A stretch of 62,670 nucleotides of DNA, filler included, from Basidioascus undulatus (taxonomy: Eukaryota): the NCBI GenBank assembly GCA_000826855.1. It is 12 parts of 12 records of this genome, joined end to end, with 100 filler letters (N's around TTAATTAATTAA, not from the genome) between each part and the next. Parts side by side here need not be neighbours in the genome. Positions count along the whole stretch, not along the records: positions 22,254 to 46,317 come from JTLS01000250.1; 11 more parts are not named here. One strand, 5' to 3'. The notes beneath the pieces are model-generated. The model had not been told where the DNA came from. It did no database searches and saw nothing but the letters and a program-made list of their open reading frames with translations. A program made the translations under genes and the position numbers. Shown here in pieces: positions 25,775 through 40,152 of the stretch (positions are counted from its first letter, which is position 1; the number at the start of each line of letters is the position of its first letter).

Positions 25775-28700
25775 CTAGTTCTTGCCAGACTTCACCTCGT
25801 CCCACACCTTGACCCCATTGAGCTCTTTCAAGTCCGTAACCCCACGCCCGAGCCCGAGCTTCTGCAGTCGCTGCGCGTATTCGGCGGGTATCTCGTCTAC
25901 CTGCTCCTTCGTGAGACCAAGAACCTTGCAGAAGAGGTACTGTGGAGGCGATACCGGACACGTAATGTCAATTTTTGCGAGTACGCAGACAGCGGAAGAA
26001 AAACCCACCTGCCACATCGTCGCGTTGCCGATGGTGAAAAGCTGAAATGGTGGGGAATCTTCAGAGGCAAGCAACGGCAGTAGAAAAACAGCGAAGCGGA
26101 CCTCTTCCCTCGGCCCGTCCCCCTCGCTTTCCCAGCGCCCACCAACAGGCTCCTCGATCGAGTTCCGATCCCTGGCCGCCAGCGCGGTTCGCCTCGCCGT
26201 CCCCGAGGCGTAGAACTCGGTGAGCTCCTCGGCTATCGCCTTTGCGTCTCCGGTGTGGACAAGTGTGCCGTCCACGCCGTCCCGGATCTGGAGCGGGATG
26301 CCGCCTGTCTTGGTCGCGATGATCCAGCGGCCCTTGTGGATCGCTTCGGTGACCTGCGAAGATAGAGTAATCATCAGGAGAAGTTCCGCAGCTACTTGGA
26401 TGGAAGAAACGCTCACCTTGATCTCGAACCCCTCCCGCATGCTGACCTGCGCCGCAATGTCGGTCGCACGCATCAACGCGTTCAAGAGGCGATCTACGGT
26501 GACGAACCCAGCGAATTCAGAGGATTAGCCACGATCAGAGCTTCGCCTAAAGAAGCGATAACGAACCGCAAGGGGGCGAACGAATAGCGAAGATGTCGTC
26601 CCGGATGTCCGCGAAAGGCTCGCTCTCGAGCGTGTCGTGGAGCTGGCGGAGAACATGCGAGCCATCGGGGTCGTCGACACTTCCTTGTCCGGTCTGGACG
26701 AGAGAAGTAACCATAGTCAGTAAGCTATGTAAGGGCGAATTTACAAGAAGCCGTCATGTGGGCAACCTCACAATAACTAGCAGAGGCCCATCGTCTGACA
26801 TGCCGCGCTCCTTCCATTGCTTCCTGAACACCCGATACCCCTCGACGAGATCGGGGATACCTGCAGAAAAGAGGACCAAAAGCTCGATTTAGCGCTGTCC
26901 ATCGGAAGGAATTCTGGGAGCGAGCAGAAAGGCGCAGTGTGGAGCAACTGCACCCACTTACCCTTCGACGGGTCGAACCGTGCCACCTGCAAGATGTACC
27001 CTCGCTTCCAGTCGACTTGGATACCGCACTCGGCCTCGACAAGTTCGGCGAACTGATTCCGGTACACCGCGAGGTCTTCCTCCGTCATCGGCTTGTTAAG
27101 CCCGTCCAGCGGATCGGTCGACGGAGGCATGTACAGCACAGGCAGACTGCGGTGCACGCATTCCGGCACGAACGCCTCGACGGGATGCTGCCAGCGTAGG
27201 GAAAGGCTCAGGGCGGGTATTTACCTCGGGGGGATACAAAATCGGAGAGACGTACAGAGACGAAGAGGTCTGCTTGCTTGATGAAGTTGAACAGGTAGTT
27301 CCAGGTGTCGGCCTGGGGCGACTTCCCCGCGTTGACGAGGTCCGAGCGGACTGCGTGTTCCAACACGGTGAACAAAGTCAGACAACAAACGCAATATTAG
27401 GAAGAAAGTGACCGGTATGAACTCGTACCTTCGATGTGCGAACGATAGATGATCTTCGTTTTCGGGCTGAGCTTGCGAATGTAGGGGATCACAGCGGTCA
27501 CTTAAGTCACGTCATGGTCAGTCTAGGGGTCCGCGTTCAGATGGCTAAAAAAATACTCACATTGCGGATCATCGATCACGACAATGTCCGCCTTGAATGG
27601 GCTGTCCTCCTCCGCCTTCTCCCCGTTCGTCGTCCAGTAGCTCTCGACGTTGTACTTGTTCCACCGCTCGAACAGCTCCTTATTCTCGTCGGTCAAGTGC
27701 ACGTTCAGCGGCGCGACACCTTGAAGAACGTTCTGATTGGAGATTGCCAATAAGCGCGAAGTCAAATTAGGAAGGGAAGCCAGAGAGAGAACAGGGCAGC
27801 ACGGACATGGAACTTGCGCTTCGTCTGAAATAGAGAATTTGCCAGTTAGCTAGATGATTCTGATATTCGACCCTAATTATCGAAACACACGATATCGAAC
27901 ACGCTCGAATCTCCCTGAGGAATGTACCAGTGGAAGTCGAGCCCGGCCATACCTGTGGGACGGATTTAACCGGCGAGGTGAGCTCCATGAGCTATAGTTC
28001 CAACCCGCGGAACAGGCCCCCTGAGGAAATAGGACTCACGCCACACCCGAATCAAAGCGTGTCGCATCAGAGCAACACCTCCGCCTTGAGGCGTAGCAGA
28101 GAAGAACGAGACGCGCGTCTTCTGTTTCTGAAGCATGGACGCGAGGGAGGTGAACGTGTGCCAGAGCCTGCGCAGATGAGCAGAGCATAAGTAAGGTTTT
28201 CGAGGGGAAATACGAGTGGATAATCTTACCCGGGCGAGGTAAGTGCCGCTTGCTGGGAGAGGTCGTAGAGATGGATCAGGCCGTTCGCGTCGACTGTGCT
28301 CGCGGAGGGGAGAGCGGGACGGCATTCAACATCGTGCCCTCAAAACCCCCACACGAGAGCGCTCATGCGCACCTTGCACCTCATTAGTCTTCGCATCCGT
28401 AGTGACCTGCTCCCCGCGCTCAACGTCAGAACTTCGCCTCGCAAAAGCACGGCTCAACGCGGCGCACCTTGATCGACGACGCCGCGATAGGATGCAGTGC
28501 CGGCAGGGCCTGCTCGACAGCCCAGACCGCCTCCGCTTCCAAGCTGAAGTGCGGGACGTTCTTTTCGGCTACGTAGAACGGAACGGCGTCGAGCTCGAGC
28601 CAGACGCGCCCGGGGAGACTCGGCGACGCGCGGGTGTCGGGGCTGGCCTTGATCGAGGACAGGTTGCGCTCGTCGGGCGGGCCGAGAGGGTAAGGAAGGG

Positions 28701-29287
28701 GGCCTGCGACGGCCAATAACTGGATCTGACGGAGTGCGAAGAGACAAGGACCCCTGGTTGTCAGCCATGTCTGAAAGCCGTTCGGGAAGACCTGCTCCTT
28801 CCCAGCCTCACACCCGCCCCGCACACTCACTCTGAACCCCCGTGCCAGGTCAAACCACAAGCTCACCTTGTACCCCTTCGCCCTGGCATATTCGCGAGCC
28901 CTGCGGATGATGTGGTCCACGATATCGGGCCAACCCTTCCGGGTGTCGCGCTCCGTCTCGATCACGCCCATCCCGTTATGCACGACGACGGCGTACTCGA
29001 ACTCGTCTTCGTAGTTGTCCTTGCCGTGGGAGCTGAGGGCAAGGCCCACAAAGACCGAGCGGAGCTTGACGGCCTTGTCCCTAAGACACAAATCTATGGG
29101 TGAGTTACTGCCCTGTGAGGAAAGAAGAAGCTGCGAACCTCCTGAAGGACTTGAGATCCAGCTTCCGGTCCGAAGGCGTCCCCGCATTGCATCGAGTGCT
29201 TTCGTCTGGAGACAACCCCCGGGCATGCATTCATTCAGTAAGTGAGACCCAGCCGAAATAAAGGAAGAAAGACTGCCTACTCGTCAT
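25775..29287 (-). CDS. Trehalose phosphorylase/synthase (glycosyltransferase family 4), multi-exon, start approximate
   Basis: FFSATPQGGGVALMRHALIR, NVLQGVAP, IVVIDDPQ, ILQVARFDPSKG, GSVDDPDG, SMREGFEIKV, TEAIHKG, TGGIPLQI. Confidence 0.92.
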
Positions 29288-30043
29288 GTTTATCGCGAGC
29301 AAAACGTCGTTCTATGTGGGGGGTAACCGTGGGAGGAAGGGGTATGCTACGCGTATAGAGTGGTTGTCCGGTATGTGAAACTGGGCAAGTACGAGGTGGG
29401 CTGTTGAGAGCCAGACGAGAAGAAGGTATGGCTCTATATGCGGACGGATTCAATGAAGTTGTGAGGGTTGTGAGAACGACCTTCCAAAGATCATCTGCGG
29501 CGCGAACGTGCGTGGTGCCCAGATCGAAGGTGGCGTCATTTACAGCACACCGATAAGCTGGGCCTCGCTGCCGGCTGAAGTTCCTTTGACCAGGCCTGCA
29601 GGACTCCATCGGAGTTCAATTGGAGAACACTACTTGACCTGCAGCTTAATCCAAAATAACCTACCAGGCATTCAGGAGGAATATGCTTGCACGATGATGC
29701 TACATAACGACTTCTGGCGCCTGGCAGCTCCGGCGCTCTGAGCGTTTCCTCCCAAGTTTCTTCGAGACTGTATCCTTGAAAGTATTCAGAGCATTCGGAC
29801 CTGGATCTCTTGAAGTAGTCGAGCATTTACCTATTATCACTGCTTATCCGACTCGTTCTTTTGTCACTCAGGAAGGCCACGCCGATTCAAGGGAAGGCTC
29901 GACAGTCATACGTGAGCATCGCCCATGTTCTGACACAACAAGCCGGCCCAGCCGACTGATAAAAGTGACAGATCTCCATTTCAAACCCCACCCCAAAAAA
30001 TACCAGCGCGGCCCAGCCGCCTCAAAGCCCACCTCGACCAAGG

Positions 30044-30241
30044 TCACCGCCCCACCCCAGCGCCGCCGCCCACCCCAAGCTCCCACTCGTCGACCCTGCG
30101 ACGCCCACTCCGTCCGCCGAAGAACAACGCGGCGATGATCCCCCAGCTCGTAGAGCTCCCGTATGCGCCGCCGCCACTCGAGGAGGGCTGGCCGAGACCG
30201 AAGGGCGAGAGCGGGGGCGTGTATTGCGGGTTGCCGGACAT
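30044..30241 (-). CDS. Possible small Gly/Ser-rich protein
   Basis: MSGNPQYTPPLSPFGLGQPSSSGGGAYGSSTSWGIIAALFFGG... after a pyrimidine-rich leader; no family recognised. Confidence 0.25.
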   Translation of the reverse strand: MSGNPQYTPPLSPFGLGQPSSSGGGAYGSSTSWGIIAALFFGGRSGRRRVDEWELGVGGGAGVGR

Positions 30242-30892
30242 GGTAGGTTTTCTTCTGTGGGATGGGGAGGATGGAAGGTTTATCAGCAGGTGTTTGCGGT
30301 GTGGAGATACGAGAAGGCGAAGGGTGTACAAGAGGATGTACGGGTGTGGCTGGAAACGTAGGAAGTGTGAGAAGTGGCGCCTGGCCAGGAGTGCTACGAG
30401 AGTGGGACCAGTTCGACAGGTAAGCAGGAACTCGCTAGTAAGCACAAAAGCGCCTTAGGAGGTGAAAGAGGAAGGTAAACAAGTCCACCTGGGAGTAGGT
30501 TAGTTCACCGCGAGGTACGAACGCTGGGAGCTGAGTAAGTAACTTCGGGGGGAGCTGTGAAAGTCTGAGGAAGGTGGCTGCGTAGGTAAGCCGTCGAGAA
30601 TTGCGTTGAGGTTTCAGAGGCAGAAGTGCGTGATACGCAGCATACAGCATTATCATTCTCGAAATCATAGAAGTTTTAAAATTCATTGGTATGCAAGCAA
30701 CCCGCAGAGAAAGAGTTCAATTGTCTCGGGAGTCGTCCAGCCGGCTTAAGTGTATTGGACGGCTCGGAAGTCAGCTACGTTGAACTCCTAGCAGCGGCAC
30801 AACCGTCCCTAATTATGGAATATAGCTTTCAAACCGAGCACTCAAAGCCTGAGTAAACGATCCATCAGCATCCGGCCCGCGTCGCCCAGCAT

Positions 30893-32298
30893 CTACTGCC
30901 CTCTCCGCTTGACCCACTCCTCCAGCCCCTCGGCAACGCTCTCCTTCGCCTGCGCCGCACGGGTAGAAGCGTAAGCTATAGGGGGAAGACACAGCTGACG
31001 GACAGGGGAGGGAACACATCTCGCACCTTCGGCGAGATGACGTTCTTGTCGGCAAAGTACGCGAGGAGGAGCTCGTTCGCGATGAAGGGTGAGGCGAGCG
31101 TGCCTAGGGGCTTGCCCTGAACCCACCATACCGCACAAGCGAATTCAGCCTCACACGTGAGGCGGAAGGGAACGGGAAGGAGGCACGCACATCGTAAACG
31201 ACAGACAATTCCCCGCGCGGCGTTTTGACGAGCAGGAGCTCGTGGCCCTTCGGCACGGACTGCGAGGGGAAGAAGGACTTGAGGGTCTGGAGGTCCTCGT
31301 TCAGGCGCTGTTGTGATACATTTCATCCCATTCCATCGCAACGAGGTCATCACACCAGCCAGGAATGGGGCGTCGGAGCGAAAAGAGATAAGACCGCACC
31401 TTCCCCTTATCCTCTGGCAGCGATGCCCCAGCCAGCCGGATCCGGCCCATCAGGGCACGGACAAACCCGTCGCGGAGGTGCGCAAAGTCGGTGCTGCGCG
31501 TCGGGACTGCGGCACGTAGCCAGGATGAGCGGTTGATAAGTGAAGAGATGGAAGGGGAAGGGAGGCAAGGAGGGTAAGAAGCGGCACGTACCGATTCGGA
31601 CTGCGAAGGTGTGCGGGGAAGCGACGAGGTTGCGCATGAGGGCTTCGCCCTGCGGCGAAGCTGAGGAGTCGGGGGAGGACGGAGCGAGGAGGTGGGATTT
31701 GGTGAAGCTCTGCGTCCCCATCCCCTCCCATTCATGAGCTCCAGTTCCCACACAAAAAAAAAGCCACACTCACGGGATCCAGCCCCTTCAGCGCTGCCGG
31801 GTCTGCGTAGAACCCAGCGACGTAGACGCGCACGCCGAGGAAGGACACGGTGCGGACGCCCAGGCCGAGGAGGCTGAGCGCGGGGAGGGAGGGGGAGGGC
31901 GTGAGAGTTAGGGGGAAGGGGAGAGAGGTGGAGGGGTCCACTGGTAGAATATGAGATGCGAGTCAGGTCTGAAGGGAGGGTGAGGAAGGGGAGGGGGTGG
32001 ACAGACGCCGGGTAGAAGGGTCCGGAGGAGCATCAGCGTAGATCGGCTGTCGTTGGGCTGTGGGGACCCTCCATCTTGAGTAAAAGAACATCATCAAAGC
32101 ATTCAGCGTTGTAAGTAAAGCGCACGTACACAGGCTTACACCCCAGACAAGCCCAGCAGCCACTGCCAATCCACCAGCGCCGACGAGCGTGAGCTGCCTT
32201 GCTCCCACCCGGGGAACGGCAGCAGCGGCCGGGGTAGTAAATGCGCGGGAGCGGAGGGGGCTGCGCGTCGCTCTAGCGGCGAGGCGGAGGAAGGACAT
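30893..32298 (-). CDS. AIM18: Mitochondrial chalcone-isomerase-fold protein Aim18-like
   Basis: Arg-rich presequence MSFLRLAARATRSPLRSRAF; DPSTSLPFP, LLGLGVRTVSFLGVRVYVAGFY, RSTDFAHLRDGFVRAL, ELLLAYF...ISP. Confidence 0.88.
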
Positions 32299-32859
32299 GA
32301 TGAGCTTCTGGGATGGGAAAGCGAAGTGGACGGAGCCAGGAGCAAGGGGGCGAGAGGAAGCGGGAAGACGCCGAGGCCGTGGGAATCAGGGGAAGCGGCT
32401 TGGGCGGGCGAGCGCCGGCAGTGGGTATCAACATTTTCCGCGGAGTGAAATGGGGAGGCTGGTATTTGCAACAGTCGAACTGTAAGGACGTCGAAGGGAC
32501 CAGGGAAATTCAAGTGGATTGACGCTCGAGGCTTTCCCACAGGACGAATGACGGTGAAGTATAAGCGCCTGTTCTTTATCCGAGTACGCGCACGGAATCG
32601 GATTGCCGAGTCCTCACTGCGATCACAGTATATCCTAGCTCTTCTCCAGCACTAGAATCGACACACAAGCGGCCGAGCGCAACCAGAAGTGAAGGGCTTG
32701 GATGATGAAGGGACGAGAACCGACCACACGCGGCTCCATAGTTATTGCGGACCCCCTTGCGCCAGAGTCTCCTTACACACGACCCTGTGTCCCTTGCCCC
32801 AAGCCTGCTTCTGACACTCCTGCGAGCAATAAGACGTAGCGCGACATCTGCGAAGCGCC

Positions 32860-33930
32860 CTAAACGATCAGCTCCTCCCTTCCCCTCCCCTTTCTGCTCG
32901 CCTTCCAGTCTCCCACCGCTCGACCCAAAACCAAGAAACCGCGCAAGAGAACGCAACCGCTGAACTGCTTGAGCTTCACCTTCCCCTCCTCACCAACAGC
33001 CAAGCACCCCGCGCAAACGCGCGCATTCGACTGGTCGTGCACCGCCCCTCCTTGGCGTCCCGCAAGACGCTCTCGAGCCGCTGACGCCCGCGCGCGTCGA
33101 GCCCGGCGCGGAGCCAGGAGAGGAACGCCGGAGGCTCGCCGTCGAAGGAGATACCTGAGAAGGACCAAGCAAGCGTCGACGACCCTGCCCCCGGCGACGC
33201 GCTCCCAGTGCTTATGGATCGGGAGCGCGACGCCGCCGATGAGCGCGTCGAGCTCCGAGTACGGCCTGTTCCAGCTGAGGAGGCACCTAACGAGGCGGTC
33301 GACGACATCGATGGTCGGCTCGCCGTGCGCGAAGAGCACGTCCGTCCCCGTGTGCAGCCGGAAGGAGCCGTCCGCGTGCCAGTACGACTGCGAGAAGATG
33401 TTGAGGAGCGTGTTGTTTTGGAGCGGGGCGGAGCGCGAACCGAAGGGGAAGAGCGCGATCATCAGGTTGGCGTTCACCTGAGGGGTGAGAAGTCGGAACG
33501 AGATCGTGGTTCTATGTATAGAAAGTACATACTTGGTCCTCGAACATTCACGAAAGGTATTGGATCCAGAACCGCTTCGACTTAGCGTTGATCTTGTCTG
33601 CCTTTGCGCCCCACCTCTCTCGCTGGGAGGCCTCAAGCCGCCAGAAAGAAGGGTCGCTCCCTTCGCGCTCGTCATGGTACACGCCCTCGCCGCTATTGAC
33701 CCAAGCTCCCGGATCCAGCGAGGAGAGAGAATGGCGATGGCTGCGGAAGGAAGACGCACTCGACGCCGGAGTGAAACATCGGGCTCAGCCCGAGCGCGGA
33801 GGCCTCCTTCAGATGGAAGCCTTGGACCCCACGGCGAACATGGTCGGTATGTCCATTTTGAGGGTCGCCCCGCAGGTGAGATATGTGAATGCGGTGAGGG
33901 AGGCGAAGTGCTCAGCGAGGGGAAACGCAA
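32860..33930 (-). pseudogene. Degenerate MYND-finger-domain gene
   Basis: C-terminal RVCAGC...KLKQFSGC...GDWK resembles a MYND finger with lost cysteines and disturbed frame; helical region upstream. Confidence 0.4.
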
Positions 33931-34277
33931 GAGGGCTCAATGCCTCGAAGGCCACCCCGGCCGGAATGATATGCCCGCATTCGAATTTCGCGAATACTCA
34001 CTGAGCTGCACGATAACGTCTATTAGCCTGGTATAAATATGACGCCATAATAAAGTGAAACAAGTATATCGCCTCAGTTCAGGGCATGCCGCGTGGCTCT
34101 CGTGTGAGCAGGGCACGGGCCGGAGTCGAAATAGCGGACGACAATAGACATGGCCCTTGACTACCGCCCGCTGCGCCCGCTGCGGACTGTATAACGGGCA
34201 GGGGCGAACCGAGGGCGAATACACAGAGGAACATCTTGCACAATTACCACCATCCTCGATAGCCTTCTTCCCCCACA

Positions 34278-37167
34278 ATGCCAGACGGATCATCCCCATC
34301 GCTTACGCCAGCGAGCGCCGCCGCGCAGACTGAGGACGGGAAGGACGCGAGGGGACCGGAGGAGGACCGGCGGGAGGGGAAGGGGGAGGAGAAGGGAGAT
34401 GTGAAGCAGAAAGGGCCGGAGGAGGCGCAGGGTGATAGGGAACGCCTTGCTGCTACTCTCATTCAGGTGCGTCTGGCGAGATGAGGGTCGGGGATGCGCG
34501 GAGGATACTGAATGCGGTCGGTGGGGCACCACGAGCAGAAACACTACCGCGGCCACCGCTCACGAGTGGAATTCGAAAGCCACAGGCTCGATTCCTCCAC
34601 ACGCTGGAACGGTGCGTTTCCCCCTTCCGCCCTTTCTCAATCCAACTCTCCCTAAACCCACAGTACTGCGAGCAGAGGCCGTCCAGTCCCTGCGCACAGC
34701 GCGGTACCAGCGAGCGCAGATTTCCGTCTCGCCGGAGGATCACACGCCGCGCGCGCGGCTGCAGCGCGCGGCGCACCTCGCGGCGCACCTGCAGGACGGA
34801 GAAGGCCTGCGGGGCGCGACGGGTGGGCGCGCGGTCGGGCGCGGGGAGGGCGCGGCGACGGTCGGGGAGACCGCGATCCGGCGGGCGGAGAGGGAGAAGG
34901 GGCCCGGGGGGGACGAGGGGCTCGCGAGGGCGTGGAGGGCCGTGGGGGAGAAGAAGAAGGTGCGCTCCGCTGCGTGGTGTAAAGAGGGAGGAGCAGAAGG
35001 CTGATACGCTGGGGTGGGGTGGGCGACGGGTAGGAGATGGATCTCAGGATGCAGGGCAGGCTGGACTCGGATAAGAAGGTCCCTCCAGCGCTGAAGGAGC
35101 GGCAGTCGAAGCAGCTGCATGGGGAACATTGGCTGGAGATGGTGGACTCGAAGCATAGGTGCGTGGCTCCTTACCTCCTCCGAGCTGGTTGGTACACACC
35201 CACTAACCCCTCTGTGTGCCTTCTCAGATACGGATCGAACTTGAAGGTCCGGTCTTGTTTAACGCGCGCTATACGCGTGCAGCAGACGCTCTAACAAGCT
35301 GAACATGCAGTACTACCACGCCCGCTGGAAAGAGTCTGATACCAAAGACACCTTCTTCCGATGGTACGTTCTCATTCCTCCCCTTTCTCAGCCCGGCTTT
35401 TCTCCAAGCTCAACTCTTGGCGCTGCAGGCTCGACCATGGCGAAGGACGCTCCCTCGACCTGCCGGAATGTCCGCGCGAGCAGCTGGATAAGGAGAAGAT
35501 CTTGTGCGTGGTTCTAATCAGCGTCGCTCTCCTTCCCTTCGCCTCTTCCAGCTCATATTTTCACACACATAACGCAGCTACTGCTCTGCTGAACAACGAC
35601 TCAAGTATCTCTCCCCTCCTCCCCACTCCTTTCTCCCTCCGCTGACACCCCTTCCCTTCTCTCCAGCTATCTCGTCCTCCCCGACCCATCCACCGGCCTC
35701 CTGTACTGGGCGCGCTCCGGCCAGCCGGTAGACACCACGCCGGGGCGGTGGAAAGACGCGGGCAACGGGCAGGGGATCGTGGCGCTCGAAGACGGCGAAG
35801 AGTCGGGGTACGACGACGAGGCGGGCCGGTCCGACTCAGACTCGGACAGCTCGTTCTCGTGCAGCAGCAGCTTGAGCTCGGTGGAGAGCGCGCAGGTGCG
35901 TTCTTCCTGGACCGGGAAAGGGGGGAAGAGGTTGGAGGCTGATGAGGGTGGGGATGGGTGAGCAGGGCCACCACTACCTTGCGCCCGAGAGCGAGAAGCA
36001 GAACCAGGGCCCCGTGGGCAAGGTCCGCGTGCGGTTCACGACGCGCGGGATGATGGACCGGCTGCTGAGGAAGACGGTCCGGAAGAATACGTGGATCTAT
36101 GTGCGTCGCTCGCTCGACTGCGTCGTCTTTGGGATCAGCACAGGAGCTTATTTGGGTGCGGAGGGTCAGGTCTCGGATATGTCCTGTGTGTTTGGTTATT
36201 GTTGGGGCGGAAGGCGCCGGTGGTGAGACTGACAGGACGAGTCCGGGGCGACGCGGTTGCAGATAACGTCTTCGTGGGCATCAAATCGACCGGAGCGTTG
36301 TGCGTCGGGTTTCCTTTGACCTCAGAATGCCATCACAGTGCTTAGACTTTCCGCCCTAACACAGCCAACACTCCTCTTTCCTCGCTGGTGGTGCGTTTGT
36401 GTCTGGCTCAGCCTCAGCGGCAACGTTCGCGGACCATAACCTGACTTTGCTTCGTATCATCATCTATCGACTGCTATAGGCCTTGTCTCCTCAGCCGGGC
36501 TCATTCGCGCACGCGAAGGGCGCATCCGGGCATTGTCGCCCCTGTCAGGGCACTACCGGAGCTCGATCGTCCGCACCTTCTCCATCCCTCTGCGCGTTTC
36601 GTTCTCACTGGCTGACATTCGAGGTTGTGTGGTTGCGGTTGCAGAACCACTTCAAAGTATTCTTGAACGAGATGGAGCGTCAGGGCGTCGATCTAAGCAA
36701 GGTCAAGGTTGGGAAGAGCGAGATGATGCTCTGGGGGTGCGTCTGCGTCCATAGGCGACAGTGCTCGGAGCTGGTGGAAAAAACCAACAGGTTGGGCTTG
36801 GGGACAGCTTGGAGAAGTACGCCGAGCTGTCGAAGAAGAAAGACGCGAAGAAGGTGCGGGCCTTCCTCTCCCACTCCCCTTCGACAAACTGACGCATTAA
36901 CAACGCCCATCGAACCAGGAATCGAGCAAGGCGAACATTCACCACGTGCTTGAGAAGCTGCATTTGGTCGCGCCCACCCCGTCGTCAGACAGCCGCAGCG
37001 AGAGTGAGGAGCACGCCGCGGCGGCGGAGAAGGAGAACTCCCAGGAGCAGCGCGAGGGCAAGGAGGCTAGCGCGGAAGAGGAGGCGACGCGCCGGGGCGG
37101 GATCCTCGAGTTCCTGGGCATCGGCACAGGCGGACCGGGCAAGGGCGTCGGGGAGAATACGCACTAA
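34278..37167 (+). CDS. IQ calmodulin-binding motif protein (IQM-like), multi-exon
   Basis: AATLIQ|KHYRGHRSR IQ motif; HWLEMVDSKHRYGSNLK, WLDHGEGRSLDLPECPREQLDKEKI, WIYV, QHSSFLAGG, LSPLSGHYR. Confidence 0.88.
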
Positions 37168-37582
37168 GTGAAGAGTGAGCATGGAGTGAGAGGTGGGGAT
37201 AGGATGGGGACGGGAAGGGGGCAGGGCAGTTTCTTCTCTGGGTTTGCGGGGTCTGCGTGCTGTTGACTTTCCTAGTTTATGAGCTTCACGATCGGATATT
37301 GCGTTAATGATTTTATGGTTCCAAGGGTTACACGTGGATGGGAATGCTGCGCTTCAAGTTTACGCGGGATGGACGATCTGATTACAACATGCGATCGATT
37401 GTGCAGAGTATTAAAACGAGCGGTGGGACAGAAAGAGCGTGTGGGATGCGCGGGATTGCGAGAGTGAATCGAAGGGACACTACTGGGAGATCAGTTTAGC
37501 TGGGGAAAGTGCATTCGAACGATGAAGGAGCGTGGTCTGATAAATCGGAAGAGAAGAGGAAGGGAAGAAATTGTCCGGTGGT

Positions 37583-39147
37583 TTATGTGGGGCTGGGAAG
37601 CGGTGGATAGTTGTACGGCGGCAGCGTGGGCGACCAGAACGAGTAGATCGTCGACGGCGGCTTCTTCTTGCGGCCGCTGCCGCTGCATCTGCTTTCGAAA
37701 AATGACGATTGCGGAGAGTGCGGCGAGGTCGGAGACGCGCGTGCGATCTCGTTGAAGGAATCCATCGGGCGCGGAGGGAAGGTCATCTATAGCGCCAGAA
37801 GGTCAACGCGCGTGAAGGGCAGGGAAGAGGAAGCGCCAGTACATGAAATGGAGGCCTGCTTGTGTCCAGATTCGGACACGGCCGACCCTGCAGATGACTA
37901 GGCTCGCCTGCGTGGGCGTGCAGCGCGCTGTGGGACGACACCTGCCCGAGGATCTGCAGGAAGAAGACGAAGATGGCGTTGGAGGGGAGGCCACAGCTGT
38001 TGTGTTCGACGAGCTTGTCAGATGTTGAGGTAATGAGAACGTTCTCTTAGTTTGAGAGGACTAACAGGAAGGTGAGAATTAGGCACAGGGCGACGACCGT
38101 CAGGGAAGAGCGGAGCTGAGAGCGAGTTGGAGAAGACGGGGTAGAAGCGCCAACTGCAGTGGACCAAAACGATGAGTCGGTCGAACTCCTAGGAAGACTG
38201 GATTAAGTATGGTAGTAAGACGCACGTGAGATGATTCGTTTGCTTGCAAACGCAAGACAGCGCGGCCGAGGACAAAAGAGATGGTCGCGCTCGTTACGAC
38301 ATTGCAAGCGAGCCAGATGACCCATGCCCAGCGGCACTGCTGTTGCGGTGCTCAATTCAGCACACGTACGGAATAGAAAGATGGGCATGAGTTCCGTACT
38401 GACCTTGCTAAGGGCCGCTATTGACGTCGCGTGCGTCGACAACGCCGCGGAAGTGACCAACCCCGCACATGAGCCGAGCATGCTCGAGATGAGGAAAGCG
38501 AACAGAAGCTTGCTGCGACCATGAGCCTGCGTAATTAAGGTCGGAGTCGATCTTAAGCGTATTCTTTAGATCAAGCATACAGTGTAGCAGCTCAGAGAGA
38601 GGTGCGCTTGCGCGATGAGCGTCATGACTCTGCGATTAACAAACCGCCGCCTGTCAGTAACAGCCAGAGCATCGTAACTACAGATCACGCACCCAATGAC
38701 AATGAGGTTAATGAATGTTGTGACAGTCGCGGTACCCCCAGCGACCAATTCTACGTAAGCCGGTCCTAAGCCGTCGTGCCAGGCCGAAGGAATGAAGAGG
38801 AGACACACCCAAGGCGGTCCCAACAAATATATAGTATGAGTTGAGGATGCTACATGCGAAGGACAACCTGAGTCCACATCATCATCAGCGTCCCGACTCG
38901 CTTTCATCCACCAAATGAGGACTCACGATCCAAGACCCAACAATGCCAAAAGAACCACCCTGAACGGTTTCCCTCGCCCCTCTTTCCCCTTAAACGCCCC
39001 ACTAAGCTGACCTCCAAATAGTGCACTCTGAGCGAGAACTCCGAAAAGCAATGGGGCGACGATGAGGCTGTACGAAGTGCCCAATAGGCTGAGTTCCGTC
39101 TTCGTCGAAGACGCGCCGCCGGAGGCTGTGATCATCGACGACGCCAT
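37583..39147 (-). CDS. Multi-pass membrane protein (possibly DUF6534-like), exon structure uncertain
   Basis: YSLIVAPLLFGVLAQSALFG...FRVVLLALLGLG and further hydrophobic exons such as LLFAFLISSMLGSCAGLVTSA; Ser/Pro-rich tail. Confidence 0.4.
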
Positions 39148-40152
39148 CTCGCGGGCGAATGCCCTCTCGAAAGGGTTCGTGAGTGAGGATCAAGAAGACG
39201 ATTGGGATGATACGATGAGTGGATGAGTTGAGAGAAAGAGCCCGAGGAAGGGCGATGTTCTCTACGGACGCCGGCGCGGTAACGGCGCGAAGAGGCGTTG
39301 GCGGAGTAACTCAGCCTGCGCGTGGGAGTGCACATCGACATAGCATGTTTCTTCGGTGGCTTCTGAGAGCTTCCCAATCGAAGAATGGGAACTTAGGGGC
39401 GCCACGCTGCAGCGTTGTTATTGAATGCTCAAATCAGGGTAGGTGGAGGATGGAATTCGAGAGAGTCCAGACTCGCGCTGAGAAGCTCGCTGCTGGCACG
39501 CACCGACACACACCTCCGTCGTTGCCAAAAAAGTGGCCATTGTCTGCATGCGCCTGGCTTATTGCTTTCTGTTGCGAACCGTCACCGCGCAATGAGTAAC
39601 TCTGGCTTACCGCTGATGGTGTTGCAAACCGAGGGTAGCCCATCGCCACAGCACTTGGCAATATGTCGTCGCGTCTGTGCCGTCACTGTTACAGTAAACT
39701 CGAAACAGGATAAGCTCCTACCCTGGGCCAGAGAATGCTAGGAGCAAGGAAAGAGGGCTTGGAACTATATACAGTCCATGGATTGAGTAGAATAAGACAG
39801 GGACACTGTCCTTGCGTGGTTCTCTTGGCGCAGCTTGTAAGTGTGGGCGCTGCTGTGAATCTCACATAGGCTGCTATAGGCAACTTCAGGTAATGAGTGT
39901 AAAACATATACCAGTCACAGGTATCTGTAAGTTATTCACATCAGGACATGTCACAGGTGAGTCGACAAGACGACAAGCCCACTCTGCCACAAGCAGTGTT
40001 GGGGAATAAGATCCTCGCCAGGGTGTTTTCTCGGTGGACGTTCCGGTAACACCCATATTTGTAAGTCCAGCACCCTTTTCAAGCTTTGCTGAAAAAGGTG
40101 TCGGACCCGACAGTGCTGCGCAGAAGATTGCCTGCCTCGCCTCGGGACGCCG